Assembly: GCF_032444005.1 (NCBI RefSeq)
Contig: NC_091286.1
Coordinates: 639,282,001 to 639,346,000 of the forward strand
Direction: 5' to 3'
From: Ranitomeya imitator
Lineage: Eukaryota
DNA length: 64,000 nucleotides
Part shown: one piece after another, positions 47,656 to 60,322 of the stretch
Layout of the letters: every line of letters starts with the position of its first letter
Numbering within the stretch: the stretch's first letter is position 1
Program-made: the position numbers and the translations under genes
Notes under the pieces: generated by a model
Told to the model about the DNA's origin: nothing
The model's input: the letters and a program-made list of their open reading frames with translations, nothing else
Database searches by the model: none

Positions 47656-47698
47656 GCCTCCTGAGGAACCATATCATGGGGGGGAAACGCGTAGAGGC
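47656..47698 (+). ncRNA. Minimal hammerhead ribozyme motif (PLE type), intact core, in PLE-like sequence extending to ~48660
   Basis: Stem I GCCUC/GAGGC, CUGAGGA, stem II CCA-uauca-UGG, GAAAC-GC-GUA. Predicted cleavage after 47693. Confidence 0.8.
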
Positions 47699-48710
47699 AA
47701 GACCTGAACACAGATAAGTGTATCTGGTCTTTTATTTGTTTTGTTTGGTATTTCACCATTTGTACATTTGTAATTGGGGCACCACTTGAATGTCTATATA
47801 CTAGTTGTATTGCGCTCTTGGCAACATTAGATCTCCTTATCTGAGTTAGTGTTGCGGCTATAAGCATTTAATATTTATAAAACTTTACCTGTGGGAGGTT
47901 ATCGTTATACCTACTTTGTATGTGCTAATATCTGTTAATACTCTGGTGGGCTTTAATAAGGATATTGTCTTAGACCATTGTGTGCTTGTGTCATCTGGTA
48001 TCCGATTTTGGTCTGACCGAGCAATAGGGGTAGTTTGGTAAGGCACACCAGTGTTGCCCCCTAGACACCTATCTATTTACAGGATCCCCATTTGATAGGG
48101 ATTGTCGAAGGGTCAGTAGGGACAGCCGCCGAGGGGTGCCAACCTCCGCTGCCAGGCAGGTATTACCGGGTAGGGTTTCTGGAGCGTGTAATAGCTATTA
48201 AGTAGGAGAGCTATATATCCATACATCTGTAGGGCTTTGTACGGTCAGATCGGGCTTTCCTAGCCTAGCTTATTGTTGGTGATTTACCGTCTGGTGTTTT
48301 TGGTGGTATATGTAGTTTGGTGTGTCTGGGTGCTAGGTATTTAGAGGTATTATTAGCTTTAGCATCCCCACATTACTATAGGGATTTTTAGGGCTTTTAG
48401 GGTTAGCCGTCGAGGAGCGGGGGCGCCATAATGCGTCCAAGAGGGTGCCAACCTCCGCTGACAGGCAGGGAGTAATCAGGGACGTATAGGGTTTTTTATC
48501 CTGCTCCCACCCGTTTGCCCTTTAACCAATAAGCCAGACTTTTATCTACCCATTCTCTAACTATAGGGATTTTGGGCGTTGTGCTGTTTTTAATCCCATT
48601 TTTTTGGATTTGAAATAAAGTTATTGTAAATATTAGTTTTGGAAAAATTTCTTTTTCATGTGAACTAAGGCATAGAGTGCTGTAGATTGTTGTGCAAGTC
48701 TGCTGGAGAA

Positions 48711-51135
48711 ATGGAGGAGCTTTTGGAGCAGGTTGTGCTCAATCAGCAAAGGCTTCAACAAGAGACGCTGCAGTATCAGCGTTCACAGCAAGAAGTTCTG
48801 CAGCAGCTGCAGTGGCAGCAATAGCAAAAGGCGCTACAGTGGAAGCTAGCAGAGCTTCAGCATGTTAAAATGGAGACCCCTAAATTGAGGGGTGAACAGC
48901 AGAGTCCTGAAGAGACCCCAAAGGTAAGGGACGATCATGGGGTGTACCAGTGGTCCTATATAGACACTCGGTCTGCCTGGTCTCAAGCAAATGACTTATT
49001 GCAATTGGTGGAGGAGTGGCTCCAGCCTAAGTTCTGTTCTCCATATGAGATGATGGAGAGAATCGTGGCTGATTGGATGGTGAGGGCTCTGCCGGCCGCC
49101 ATGCAGCATTGGGTCGGGCTGAGGGACCTAGGCCACCTGGAGCTGCTGATAGAATTGACTGAGCAATATAAATCCACTCAGGACATTACACCAGAGCCCG
49201 GGCATGGGGCTAGTAACTGTTCTGTGACATCTAAGCCCATGGACTGTGGGAACACTGGTCAGGAGTCTATGTGTGCCCAGCCTCTCTGTATCACCACTAC
49301 AGGCACAGCTGGCAGCGAACCAGAATTGTGCCAGGTACTTGTGAATGGGTGCCGAACAGAGGCTCTCCTATACACGGGGAGTAGAGTGACTCTGGTCCAT
49401 CGGTCCCTTGTTGCTGGGGACAACCCCAAAGGACCGAAAGTGGAGGTAATGGGTATCCACAGGGAAATCCGGGAGTACCCGACCGCAGAGGTTGATTTTT
49501 CCACACTATGGGAGTGGCAAAGTCCCTTCCATATGGGGCTGTGTTGGGGAGTGATTTGCTCCTGTTTTGGTCCCTGTGGGAAACCAGGGTCAACCCTCTC
49601 ACAGAAAGTGTTGTACCGGGTGCAGAACCCAAAGATATTGAGATACCTGCCATAGGGGTCCCCAACCTAGGGACAGAGTGTAATCCAGATAGGCTCCCCC
49701 TAGAGGTATTGGCAGGAGAAACTAAAGATGTTGTTTCGGGCGTAGAACCCGAAGATCCTAAGATGTATGCCACAGGGGTCGACAATTTAGGGTTAGATTG
49801 TAATCCCGATTGGCTCCCTAGAGGTTGTGGCAGTAGAGGTTGTGGGGACCCCATTGAACCCTGAGCTGGAGGTGTTCCCTAGTTAGGTCGGGACAGCTCA
49901 GATCCAGGGTCCCACATGGAGACGCAGATATAAAAGACGCAGGTATGAGAAGAGCTGGAAGTGTATGATCGCAGAGGCGACTGGGGACGTGCGCTTGAGG
50001 TACCCTCTGGCATCGGTCAAGGATGGGGCTGGGGGTCAGGGTAAATTAGATAGAGCGCTCGCTAGACCGCAGTGTTGGGAGGTTCAGGTGTGGCGTAGTA
50101 CAGATATATGCTCGGAGTTGCCAGCGTGGTCCGTGGCGTTTCAGCGTAATATAGTCACTGAGGCATGGGTAAGAGTACAGTGGAAACGATACCAGGGGCC
50201 CGAAAGCAGATACTTAGGTGACAGGATGACCCGTGGGGTTAGTGTGCCCAAAATAAACAAGGTCGAGACCACCCACAACTGGCCCAAATCTATGGTTAAA
50301 CAGAAAAGAGGGCTTGGCTTTTGTAATGGAGAATGATGGGGGTGGTTCTGTAATGAAGTGTGGAGGAGAAGTGCAAAGGGGAGGGATGCATGCGCCGATC
50401 GATGGTTCCAGTCCCTACTTTGGTTTCTTAATGTAGTGTCGAGCGAGGATGTCACATGGGCATACCGATGCCCTGTCTCGCGCCCTTATGGGGTAACAAA
50501 TGTTCAACCCCACAGATATGAACAGGGGGAGGATATGTGAGGCAGTGACCAATGTTACAGGTAGGGGGCACTATATGTGCTCTCCAGAATGTGCATGGAA
50601 GCGTATTGAGGCCATGAGGGCGCACTACAGACACAGGTGTGGCTGTAATTAGAATAGTGATGCAGTGACTGATTCAAAGCCCTGTAGTAGAGGGGGAGGT
50701 GTGTCAGTGTTGGTTAGGAAGCAGACAGAGAAGTTGTCTGCAGAGCTCTTTGTGTGTGGACCAACACGGGGGCAAAAGGAACCGACACCCTGTGTCCTGG
50801 GCTGTCTTGTGTTGCCAGGCTGCAATCCGGAGGATGGCGCGAGGTGCACGGCGTGAGTAAAGGAACTTGGTTTTGGCGGGCGGGCGCCCCAGGAAAATTG
50901 GACAAAGGGAAGTCTGGCCTGTGTAGGGACTGCACAGTAAAGCCGTTTACTGTGTATTTTTGATGGACTGTGTCAAGAAGCCGTGTACTGTACATTTTCC
51001 TTTGGCCTGGATGAAGAAGCCGTTTAATGTGTATTGCTAATAGACTGTGTGAAGTAACACAATAAAGAAACGTTTTGTTTGAACTTGCTTGGGTCACTGC
51101 CATTTCACTGTGTATGGTCCTACCGCTGCATCACA
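48711..51135 (+). mobile_element. Internally deleted, decayed Gmr1-like Gypsy: SCAN-containing gag, dead protease, RT/RH remnants, PPT and 3' LTR (50536-51135)
   Basis: Q-rich gag start MEELLEQVVLNQQ; SCAN-like DLLQLVEEWLQP...ERIVADWMVRALP...WV...LIELTEQY; protease EALLYTGS; RYLG...KINKVETTHNWP; DALSR; purine tract then a TG...CA LTR. No 5' LTR is visible. Confidence 0.8.
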
Positions 51136-52400
51136 ATGCGTATAGATAATGTAATAGATGTTACCTGCAGTCCTATGTAACATAACAGATACCACAGTGA
51201 TAAGTCTATGATGTAGCGTGGCTAAAGGTCATGTGATTAATGGACGGTATGTATCGCAGAGGTAGGTGGCCCTGTGATGGAAGCCTGGGTATGTTTTGCT
51301 CAAGCAGATCTACTGCTGAGGGATTTGTTTACATTGGGAAGGCTTCCAGGTGATTGGAGAGATGGGTGGGTTCAGTCACCTACAAACCCACCCTAAGAGG
51401 CGTGTTGAAAATACCTAAGATGGTTTTGTGTTGAAGGACCGGTGGTGATGTCCCACTCCTGACTGGCCATGTGACCGGTATCTGGGTGTGGTTACACTTA
51501 TGTAAAGAGGTGTGTGTAGCCCATGTGGTGAGTGTGTTTGGGAGTCTGCAAGAGTGGACAGACTTCCATGTGTCCTGGCAGGAGACTGCAGAGTGGCCTG
51601 TGTGTTGGACGGTTCCATGTGGGGACAGACGTCCTGAACAGCACACAGACCATATTCCAGGCTGGAGAGCCTGCGTGCTTGACATAGCATGGACGGTTGG
51701 TGTTGGAGGCTCCTGGGAGTGGAGTCATCCTGGAAGCACCCGGAGACCGTAGACCTGGATGGTCTGTGTTGAGGACCTGGGACTGACCTGAAGTCAGTGT
51801 AAGGAGTGGAACTTCTGAGAGGTAACCCCGGACAACGGGATTATAATATACAGCAGAGAAGCCTATCTGCTACGTGAACTGTCTAATATTTCATGGCTGT
51901 AATGAAATGGACTGTACCCTGTCTGGTTTATGCGGAGTTTAAATAAACCATATGGACTGATATGTGTGAGATATCGTGCCTGAAGTGTTTATCCTGCTGC
52001 CAAGCGAGTATCCCCAAAACCCGTAGCGAGTACAACCCCTACAATGAGTACAGATAATGTAGTAGATGTTACCTGCAGTCCTATGCAACACTACAGATAC
52101 CACAGTGATACGTCTCTGAATACAGATGATGTAGTAGATATTATCTGCAGTCCTATGTAACACGACTGATAATACAGTGATAAGTCTGAGTCTAGATAAT
52201 GCAGTAGATGTTACCTGAAGTCCTATGCAACACCACAAATAACACAGTGATAACTTTTTGAGTACAAAAAATGTAGTAGATGTTACGCGCAGTCCTATGT
52301 AACACTGCACATAACACACAGTAATAACTCTGAGTACAGATAATGTAGATGTCACCTGCAATCCTATGTAACACCACAGATAACACAGTGATAGACCTTA
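51136..52400. repeat. ~68-bp tandem repeat split by the solo LTR
   Basis: Unit GATAATGTAGTAGATGTTACCTGCAGTCCTATGTAACACCACAGATAACACAGTGATA at 51136-51211 and 52044-52400. Confidence 0.85.
51212..52043 (+). mobile_element. Solo LTR with 4-bp TSD, inserted in a ~68-bp tandem repeat
   Basis: TGTAG...CTACA termini, ATGA duplicated (51208-51211, 52044-52047), AATAAA near 51943. Confidence 0.88.
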
Positions 52401-53566
52401 TAGTGTGTATGGTGTATAATGTACTCGTATATCCATCATTACAATCATTCCCTTTTCCTTTCCTTCTACATTTGACCCAGACCATTATGACGACTTCATC
52501 CATCCATGACTTTTCTCTGCAGAATATTTTGGGTTATGGCTCTTCCAGCACCCTGATCACTTTTCTCCTCCTCTCTACAAACCAAGTAGTGCTATACCCA
52601 TCCAAAGTGCACCAAGCATCAATAACTATCCCTGGTGTGCAACACATTAATGGTACATACCTCTAGTGTTCCCAACAGTAATTGTGACCCTTCTGAGCCT
52701 CCACAGTGTAATAGTGCCCTCACTGTGCTTCCACAGTGTAATGGTGCCCTCTCTGTGTCTCCAGAGTAATAGTTCCCTTTCTGTGCCTCCTCAAGGTAAT
52801 AGTGCCCTCTCTGTGCCTTCACAGTGTAATAGTGCTCTCTCTGTGCCTCTGCAGTGCAATAGTGCCCTCTCTTTGCCTCCACGAGGTAATAGTGCCCTCT
52901 CTGTGCCTCTGCAGTATAATAGTGCCCTCTCTGTGTCTCCAGTGTAATAGTACCCTCTCTGTGCCTCCACAAGGTAATAGTGCACATTCTGAGCCTCCAC
53001 AGTGTAAAAGTGCCCTCTCTGTGCCTCCTCAAGGTAATAGTGTACTCTCTGTGCTCGCACAAGGTATTTACCCTATCTGTGCCTCCACAATGTAATAGTC
53101 CCCTCTCTGTCTTCCCACAAGGTATTAGTGCCCTCTCTGCACCTCCACAGTGTAATAGTGCCCTTTCTTTGCCTCCACAGTGTAATAGTGCCCGCTCTGT
53201 GCCTCCACAAGTTATTAGTGCCCTCTATGTGCCTGTGCAGTGCAATACACCATGTTCTAAATTATTATGCAAATGATATTTTTCTTGGATTTTCCTAAAT
53301 GGTCTGTACAAATGACAGTAAGTCTAATAAAAGTCATCACCCGTTAGATTATACTTCAAATTTTATTGAAGAAAGCTCCCAATGATAACAGTATAATCTC
53401 CAAAATGAATAAAAGCAAAATGCACTGCTCCAAATTATTAGGCACAGTAGAATTTCTATACATTTGATATGTTTTAAAGAACTGAAAATGCTCATTTGTG
53501 GAATTTTCAGCATTAGGAGGTCACATTCACTGAACAAAAAAGCTATTTAACTCCAAAACAATCTAA

Positions 53567-53875
53567 GGCTACGTTCACATTTGCGTTGTGCGCCGCTGCG
53601 TCGGCAACGCAACGCACAACGCAAATCAAAACGCACGCAAAAACGCTGCGTTTTGCGACGCATGCGTCGTTTTTTGCTGAAATTTCGACGCAAAAAAATG
53701 CAACTTGTTGCGTTTTCTTTGCCCAACGCTTGCGGCAAAAAAAACACAACGCATCGCACAACGCAGCACAACGCATGTCCATGCGTCCCCCATGTTAAAT
53801 ATAGGGGCGCATGACGCATGCGTCGCCGCTGCGTTTCCCGACGCTGCGTCGGGAAACGCTAAAGTGAACGTAGCC
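53567..53875. mobile_element. Harbinger-type MITE inside the TRT element
   Basis: TIR GGCTACGTTCAC, TAA TSD. Confidence 0.88.
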
Positions 53876-55533
53876 TAACAGACCAAGTTACATGTTAACA
53901 TAGGAACCCTTCTTTGATATCACCTTCACAATTCTTGCAATCATTGAACTTGTGAGTTTTTGGAGAGTTTCTGCTTGTATTTCTTTGCCTCTCAGAGCTG
54001 CTGTTTTAATGTGAACTGCCTCCCACCCTCATAGATCCTTTCAGGGCCGGTCTGGGACTAAAATTCAGCCCTGGCATTTGAAGTTACACAGGCCCACTTG
54101 TCAAATAGTGACTGTATAATATCTTTGTACACTTGTTGGTTACAAGAAGTGAGGGGAGTGTAACACGACTATATAACATATAATCACAGCTGTATCCACC
54201 ATTACAGCTCAATCATATTTATTGCTTTTAGTTGCAGTATCAAGAAAAGCCGCTACTTTACCTACATAACTGGATCTCGTAGATAAGGAAGGGATGAGAC
54301 GACCAAAGGCTATGGAACCTCATTCTGATGCTCCATAAACGTCGCCTACAGCCACTTTTGGTTCTGCTGCTCAGCACAAGACCCGGTGACTCTGAAGAGC
54401 GGTGACATCAGTAACGTCACCGCTCTTCAGATATTCCGGGTCTTGCACTGAGCTCGGCGACTGTGAAGAACGGTATTGTTACTACCGTCACCGCTCTTCA
54501 GAGTCACTGGGTCTCGCCAGGTCTGGGCTAGTAGTGGGGGTGTCTGATAGACACCTCTCCATTACTTACACCAGGGATTGATAGCAGCTGACATTACGCA
54601 GCTGACATCAACCCTAAAAATCATTACACATACCAGAATTAAATGCTCTGGCGGCTGGGAAAAGCAGTAGAGTTAGCGCTATTCCCAGGCGCCGGGTGCT
54701 AACTACAACTGTCATCATCCTTGCCTGGTCTCCCTGCGAAGCATTTCTGCTGTATTTACATGCGCTGATCTCAGGCCACTAAATGAGTGTGATCGACAAT
54801 ACTAGAGTCGTTCGCTTGTTTCCCGGCCTCTTTACACCAACTGAAAAAGAATGAAGGGAACAGAACAATCACAATTAGATCAATCTGTCCCCATACAGTA
54901 TCATGTTATCAGCAGCACATCTACAAACAATCCAATCACTCGATGAATAGGCAGCATTTTGCTTGTTTAGTAGAATACACCCCATAGTCCTCCATATATT
55001 ATAATGTGCACCTCAGTCCTCCTTATAGTTTAATACACTTCCTAGTCCTCCATATAGTATAATACACTCCTCATAGTCCTCCATATATTTAAATACACTC
55101 CTCAGTCCTCCATATAGTATAATACACTCCTCAGTCCTCCATATAGTATAATACACTCCTCAGTCCTCCATATAGCATAATGCATTGCCACAGTCCTCCA
55201 TATAGTATAATACACTCCTCAGTCCTTCAAATACTATAATACAATCCTCATAGTGTTCCATATAGAATAATGCACTGCCATTGTCATCCATGTAGTACAA
55301 TTCACTTCCCATAGTATAATGCACCCCATAGTTCTTCATCTAGTATAATGTATTCCCCATAGTCCTCGATACAGTATAATGCAGCCCACATATAGTATAT
55401 TGATGCCACCCCAGAGTATAATGCAGCCACCCCACAGAATATATTGTAGCCCCCTGAGTATAATGTAACCCCCACCCAGAGAATATAATCCAGCCCCCTC
55501 ATATAGTATAATGCAGCCCCTACATATATAATA

Positions 55534-57182
55534 CAGTTAGGTCCATATATATTTGGACATAGACAACATTTTTCTAATTTTGGTTATAGATATTACCACA
55601 ATGAATTTTAAACAAAACAATTCAGATGCAGTTGAAGTTCAGACTTTCAGCTTTTATTTGAGGGTATCCACATTAAAATTGGATGAAGGGTTTAGGAGTT
55701 TCAGCTCCTTAACATGCGCCACCCTGTTTTTAAAGGGACCAAAAGTAATTGGACAATTGACTCCAAGGCTATTTCATGGACAGGTGTGGGCAATCCCTTC
55801 GTTATGTCATTCTCAATTAAGCAGATAAAAGGCCTGGAGTTGATTTGAGGTGTGGTGCTTGCATTTGGAAGGTTTTGCTTTGAAGTAAACATGCGGTCAG
55901 AGGAGCTCTCCATGAAGGTGAAACAAGCCATCCTTAAGCTGCAAAAACAGAAAAAAATCCATCTGAGAAATTGCTGCAATATTAAGAGTGGCAAAATATA
56001 CAGTTTGGTACATCATGAGAAACAAAGAAAGCACTGGTGAACTCATCAATGCAAAAAGACCTGGGCGCCCACAGAAGACAACAGTGGTGGATGATCGCAG
56101 AATAATCTCCATGGTGAAGAGAAACCCCTTCACAACAGCCAACCAAGTGAACAACACTCTCCAGGAGGTCGGCGTATCAATATCCAAATCTACCATAAAG
56201 AGAAGACTGCATGAAAGTAAATACAGAGGGTTCACTGCACGGTGCAAGCCACTCATAAGCATCAAGAATTCAAAGGCTAGACTGGACTTTGCTAAAAAAA
56301 CATCTAAAAAACCAGCACAGTTCTGGAAGAACATTCTTTGGACAGATGAAACCAAGATCAACCTCTACCAGAATGATGGAAAGAGAAAAGTATGGTGAAG
56401 GCGTGGTACAGCTCATGATCCAAAGCATACCACATCATCTGTAAAACACGGCGGACGCAGTGTGATGGCTTGGGCATCCATGGTTGCCAGTGGCACTGGG
56501 TCACTAGTGTTTATTGATGATGTGACACAGGACAGAAGCAGCCGAATGAATTCTGAGGTAATCAGAGCCATACTGTGTGCTCAGATCCAGCCAAATGCAG
56601 CCAAACTGATTGGTCGTCGTTTCATACTACAGATGGACCATGACCCAAAACATAAAGCCAAAGCAACCCAGGAGTTTATTAAAGCAAAGAAGTGCAATAT
56701 TCTTGAATGGCCAAGTCAGTCACCTGATCTCAACCCAATTGAGCATGCATTTCACATGTTAAAGACTAAACTTCAGACAGAAAGGCCCACAAACAAACAG
56801 CAACTGAAAACCACTGCAGTGAAGGCCGGGCAGAGCATCAAAAAGGAGGAAACACAGCTTCTGGTGATGTCCATGAGTTCAAGACTTGAGGCAGTCATTG
56901 CCAACAAAGGGTTTTCAACGAAGTACTAAAAATTAATATTTAATTTAAAATTATTGAATCTGTCCAATTACTTTTGGTCCCTTTCAAAACAGGGTGGCAC
57001 ATGTTAAGGAGCTGAAAGTCCTAAACCATTCATCCAATTTTAATGTGGATACCCTCAAATGAAAGCTGAAAGTCTGAACTTCAACTGCATCTGAATTGTT
57101 TTATTTAAAACTCATTGTGGTAATGTCTATAACCAAAATTAGAAAAATGTTGTCTCTGTCCAAATATATATGGACCTAGCTG
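55534..57182 (+). mobile_element. Full-length DD34E Tc1 transposon with ~220-bp TIRs, inserted in a minisatellite of the hAT element
   Basis: TIR CAG(T/C)TAGGTCCATATATATTTGGACA, TA TSD, 1649 bp long. Confidence 0.95.
55891..56929 (+). pseudogene. Tc1 transposase with one frameshift (~55950-55970) and one nonsense codon (TGA 56396-56398)
   Basis: RPGRPQKT, WTDETKIN, QMDHDPKH and SPDLNPIEH; 34 residues between the second D and the E. Confidence 0.93.
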
Positions 57183-59604
57183 TATATGGTAGCCCCCTCA
57201 TAAAGCATAATGCAGCCCCCCATAGAATATAATGTAGCCCCTCCATAGAATATAATACAGTGCCCCATAGAATGTAATACAGCCATCTCCCCATAGAATA
57301 TAATACAGCCCCGTAGAATATCATGTAGCCCCCATAGAATGTAATAAAGCCCCCTCATAGAATGTAATACAGCCCTCCCCATAGAATGTAATGCAGCATG
57401 TAATGCGGCACAGCCCCCATAGAATGTAATACAGCATAGCTCCTATAGAATGTAATAAATCCCCTCCATATAATGTAATACAGCCCTCCAATAGCCCCAC
57501 AATCCAGTTATCACTCATTGATATATTTAAAAACAAAAAAAACAAACACTCTCTCCTTACCTCTCCTCGTGCCTGCGCTGTCCCGGCTCCAATCTCAGCG
57601 GCCGCAGCCTGCCCGCCCGACACACAGCAGGTGCGCGATGATATAACATCATCGCGCACCTACAGTGTCAGAGGCAGAGCGGGGAATGATGGGATAGGGA
57701 GTGCCAGCAGATGCTCTCTCCTCCATCATTGCATTCAACTGTATCGGCGTCATAGACACCGGTATAGTTGAATGCGGCGGTGCTGGCGGGGGGTGAGTAG
57801 GCACTGGGGGGGGGGAGTCGGAACTGACGAGTGGCCCACGACTGCCACCGGCCCTTCTGGCCTTTGCCAGAAATGCCCGATGGCCAGTCCGGCCCTGGAT
57901 CTTTTGCTTGATGATACTCCAAAAGTTTTCTATAGGGTTGAGGTCAGGGGAAGATGGTGGCCATATCATGAGTTTATCTCCATTTATGCCCATAGCAGTC
58001 AATGACTCAGAGGTATTCTTTGCAGCATGATATGGTGCATTGTCATGCATGAAGATGATTTTGTTCCTGAAGGATCGTTTCTGCTTTTTATACCATGGAA
58101 GAAAGCTGTCAGTTATAAACTCTATATGCTTTGCAGAGGTCATTTTCACACCTTCAGGAACGTTAAAGGGCCCTACCAGCTGTTTCCTCATGATTCCAGC
58201 CCAAAACATGACTCTTCCACCTCCTTGCTGACGTTGCAGCCTTGTTGGGCATGGTGGCCATCCACCAACCATCCACTACTCCATCCATCTGGATCCTCCA
58301 GGGTTGCTCGACACTCATCAGTAAACAAGACTGTTTGGAAATTAGTCTCCATGTATGTCTGGGCCCCCTGCAATGGCTTCTGCTTGTGAACACTGTTTAG
58401 GGGTAGCTGAGTAGTAGGTTTATGCACCACAGCAAACCTTTGAAGGATTCTACACCTTGAGGTTTGTGGGACTCCAGAGGCACCAGCAGCTTCAAATAAC
58501 TGTTTGCTGCTTTGTAATGGTATTTTGGCAGCTGCTCTCTTAATCCAATGACTTTGTCTGGCAGAAACCTTCCTCATTATGCCTTTATTTGCATGAACTC
58601 TGTCTGTGCTCTGTTTCAGTCACAAATCTCTTCACAGTATGATGATCACTCTTAAGCTTTTGTGAAATATCTAATGTTTTCATACCTTGTCCAAGGCATT
58701 GCACTATTTAACACTTTTCAGCAGCAGAGAGATCCTTTTTATTTCCCATATTGCTTGAAACTTGTGGCCTGCTTAACGATGTGGAACATCATTTTTAAGT
58801 AGTTTTCCTTTAATTAGAATCACCTGGAAAACTAATTATCACATGTGTTTAAGATTGATGTCAGTGAACCATTGAGCCCTGAGACACAATACCATCCACA
58901 AGTTTTTTTGAAAAACAAAACAATTAAATCTTTATAACACTTAAATCCAATTTGCATAATAATTTGGAACATGGTGTAGTGTGCTCTCTGTGCCTTTACA
59001 GTGTAATAGTGCCCTCTCTTTGCCCCCACAGTGTAATAGTGCACTCTCTGTGCACCCACAGTGTAATAGTGCTTTCTCTATGCCTCCACAGTGTAATAGT
59101 GACCCCTCCCTGTGCCTCCACAAGGCAATAGTACCCTCTCTCTGCCCCCAAAAGGTAAGTGCCCTATCTGTGTCTCCACAATGTAATAGTTCCCTCTCTG
59201 TGTCCCCACAAGGTATTAGTGCCCTCTCTGTGCCTTCACTGTGTAATAGTGCCCTCTCTGAGCCTCGACAATGTAATTGTGTTTTCTCTGTGCCTCCATT
59301 GTGTAATAGTGTCCATTTAGTGCCTTCACACATTACCTCCACAACTAAAGCTATCATTCTTGACTTTCCCATACATCGGCAGAGTGAGCGCTCCTGTGTT
59401 CTCTATGACAGAGTCACTGCAAGACATCTCAGTGGATTATCTCTTGGATAACAAACGGATCAGCAATCCAAAATCAGACATGCCAGATCCTTATTTCCCC
59501 CGACAATCAACTTTTAGGGGCCGCCATGCACATTAGACTATTGGTCGAATCTATTGGTATCAGCAGGTTTGGTCAAAGTAGTTTAATGCGTATGGGGACC
59601 TTGA

Positions 59605-60191
59605 GGCTATGTGCACACGTTGCAGATTATTTGTGGTTTTTTAGCGTTTTTGCGCTATAAAAACGCTATAAAACCGCAAATAATCTGCATACATTAAGCA
59701 TCCTATCATTTTTAATGAAATCCGCAACTTCTGTGCACATGATGTGCGGTTTTCCGCATGAAAAACGCATTGCGGAAAAATAATGAACCTGCTCATTAAT
59801 TTTGTGTTTTTGTTTCGCGGTTTTCCCACTGTCTAATGCAGTGTTCACCAAGTCCGGTCCTCAAGAGCCACCAACAGGTCATGTTTTGAGGATTTCCTTA
59901 GTATTGCACAGGTCATTGAATGCTTGCCTGTCCAGGTGATGCAATTATCACCTGTGCAATACTAAGGAAATCCTGAAAACATGACCTGTTGGTGGCTCTT
60001 GAGGACCGGAGTTGGGGAACACTGGTCTAATGCATTGGGAAATGTCCGGAAAAAAACGCGCAAAAACCGCACAAAAACCGCATCAAAACCGCGGAAAAAA
60101 ACGCATGCGGATTTCATGCGGAAATCTGGCAGAAATGTCCGGATTTCCACAGGAATTTTCTGCATGAATTCCTGAACGTGTGCACATAGCC
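59605..60191. mobile_element. Harbinger-type MITE
   Basis: TIR GGCTATGTGCACACG, flanks TGA/TAA. Confidence 0.8.
59839..60024. mobile_element. Palindromic hAT MITE (186 bp) nested in the previous MITE
   Basis: Perfect 8-bp TSD GTCTAATG and ~75-bp inverted arms. Confidence 0.9.
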
Positions 60192-60261
60192 TAAAGCATT
60201 TATATTAAAGTCTCCTGACCCATATCACATATCGTGCGCACTTCCCTCTTCCTGCACACAG

Positions 60262-60322
60262 TCGTACTAGGTCCCATGAGATGGAGGAATCTTCATTTTC
60301 GGAAGAGAAGAAAGCTCTGTGA
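60262..60322 (+). CDS. Candidate terminal coding exon
   Basis: Acceptor CTTCCCTCTTCCTGCACACAG; phase-2 frame xRTRSHEMEESSFSEEKKAL*; AATAAA at 60456-60461. Confidence 0.2.

Larger units (their letters stand above)
54042..57897. mobile_element. Non-autonomous hAT element interrupting the TRT transposase
   Basis: TIRs CAGGGCCGGTCTGG / CCAGTCCGGCCCTG, 8-bp TSD GATCCTTT/GATCTTTT. Confidence 0.87.
53248..58976 (-). mobile_element. DD37E (TRT-like) Tc1-superfamily transposon with nested insertions; transposase pseudogene 58749 to 53888
   Basis: TIR CACCATGTTC(T/C)AAATTATTATGCAAAT, TA TSD. Translates MGNKKDLSAAEK..., FTDECRATL, and MHD-37 residues-E (SPDLNPIENFW). The C-terminus KIYEGGRQF...KGSYVNM* resumes left of the hAT insert. 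Confidence 0.88.
52660..59330. repeat. 30-bp minisatellite (52660-53247 and 58977-59330) split by the TRT element
   Basis: Unit CAGTGTAATAGTGCCCTCTCTGTGCCTCCA continues in register across the TA target. Confidence 0.92.

Noticed and set aside
57649-57897. Novel C-terminal extension on the TRT transposase ORF
   Set aside because: Read-through into the hAT insert; the true C-terminus lies at 54033-53888.
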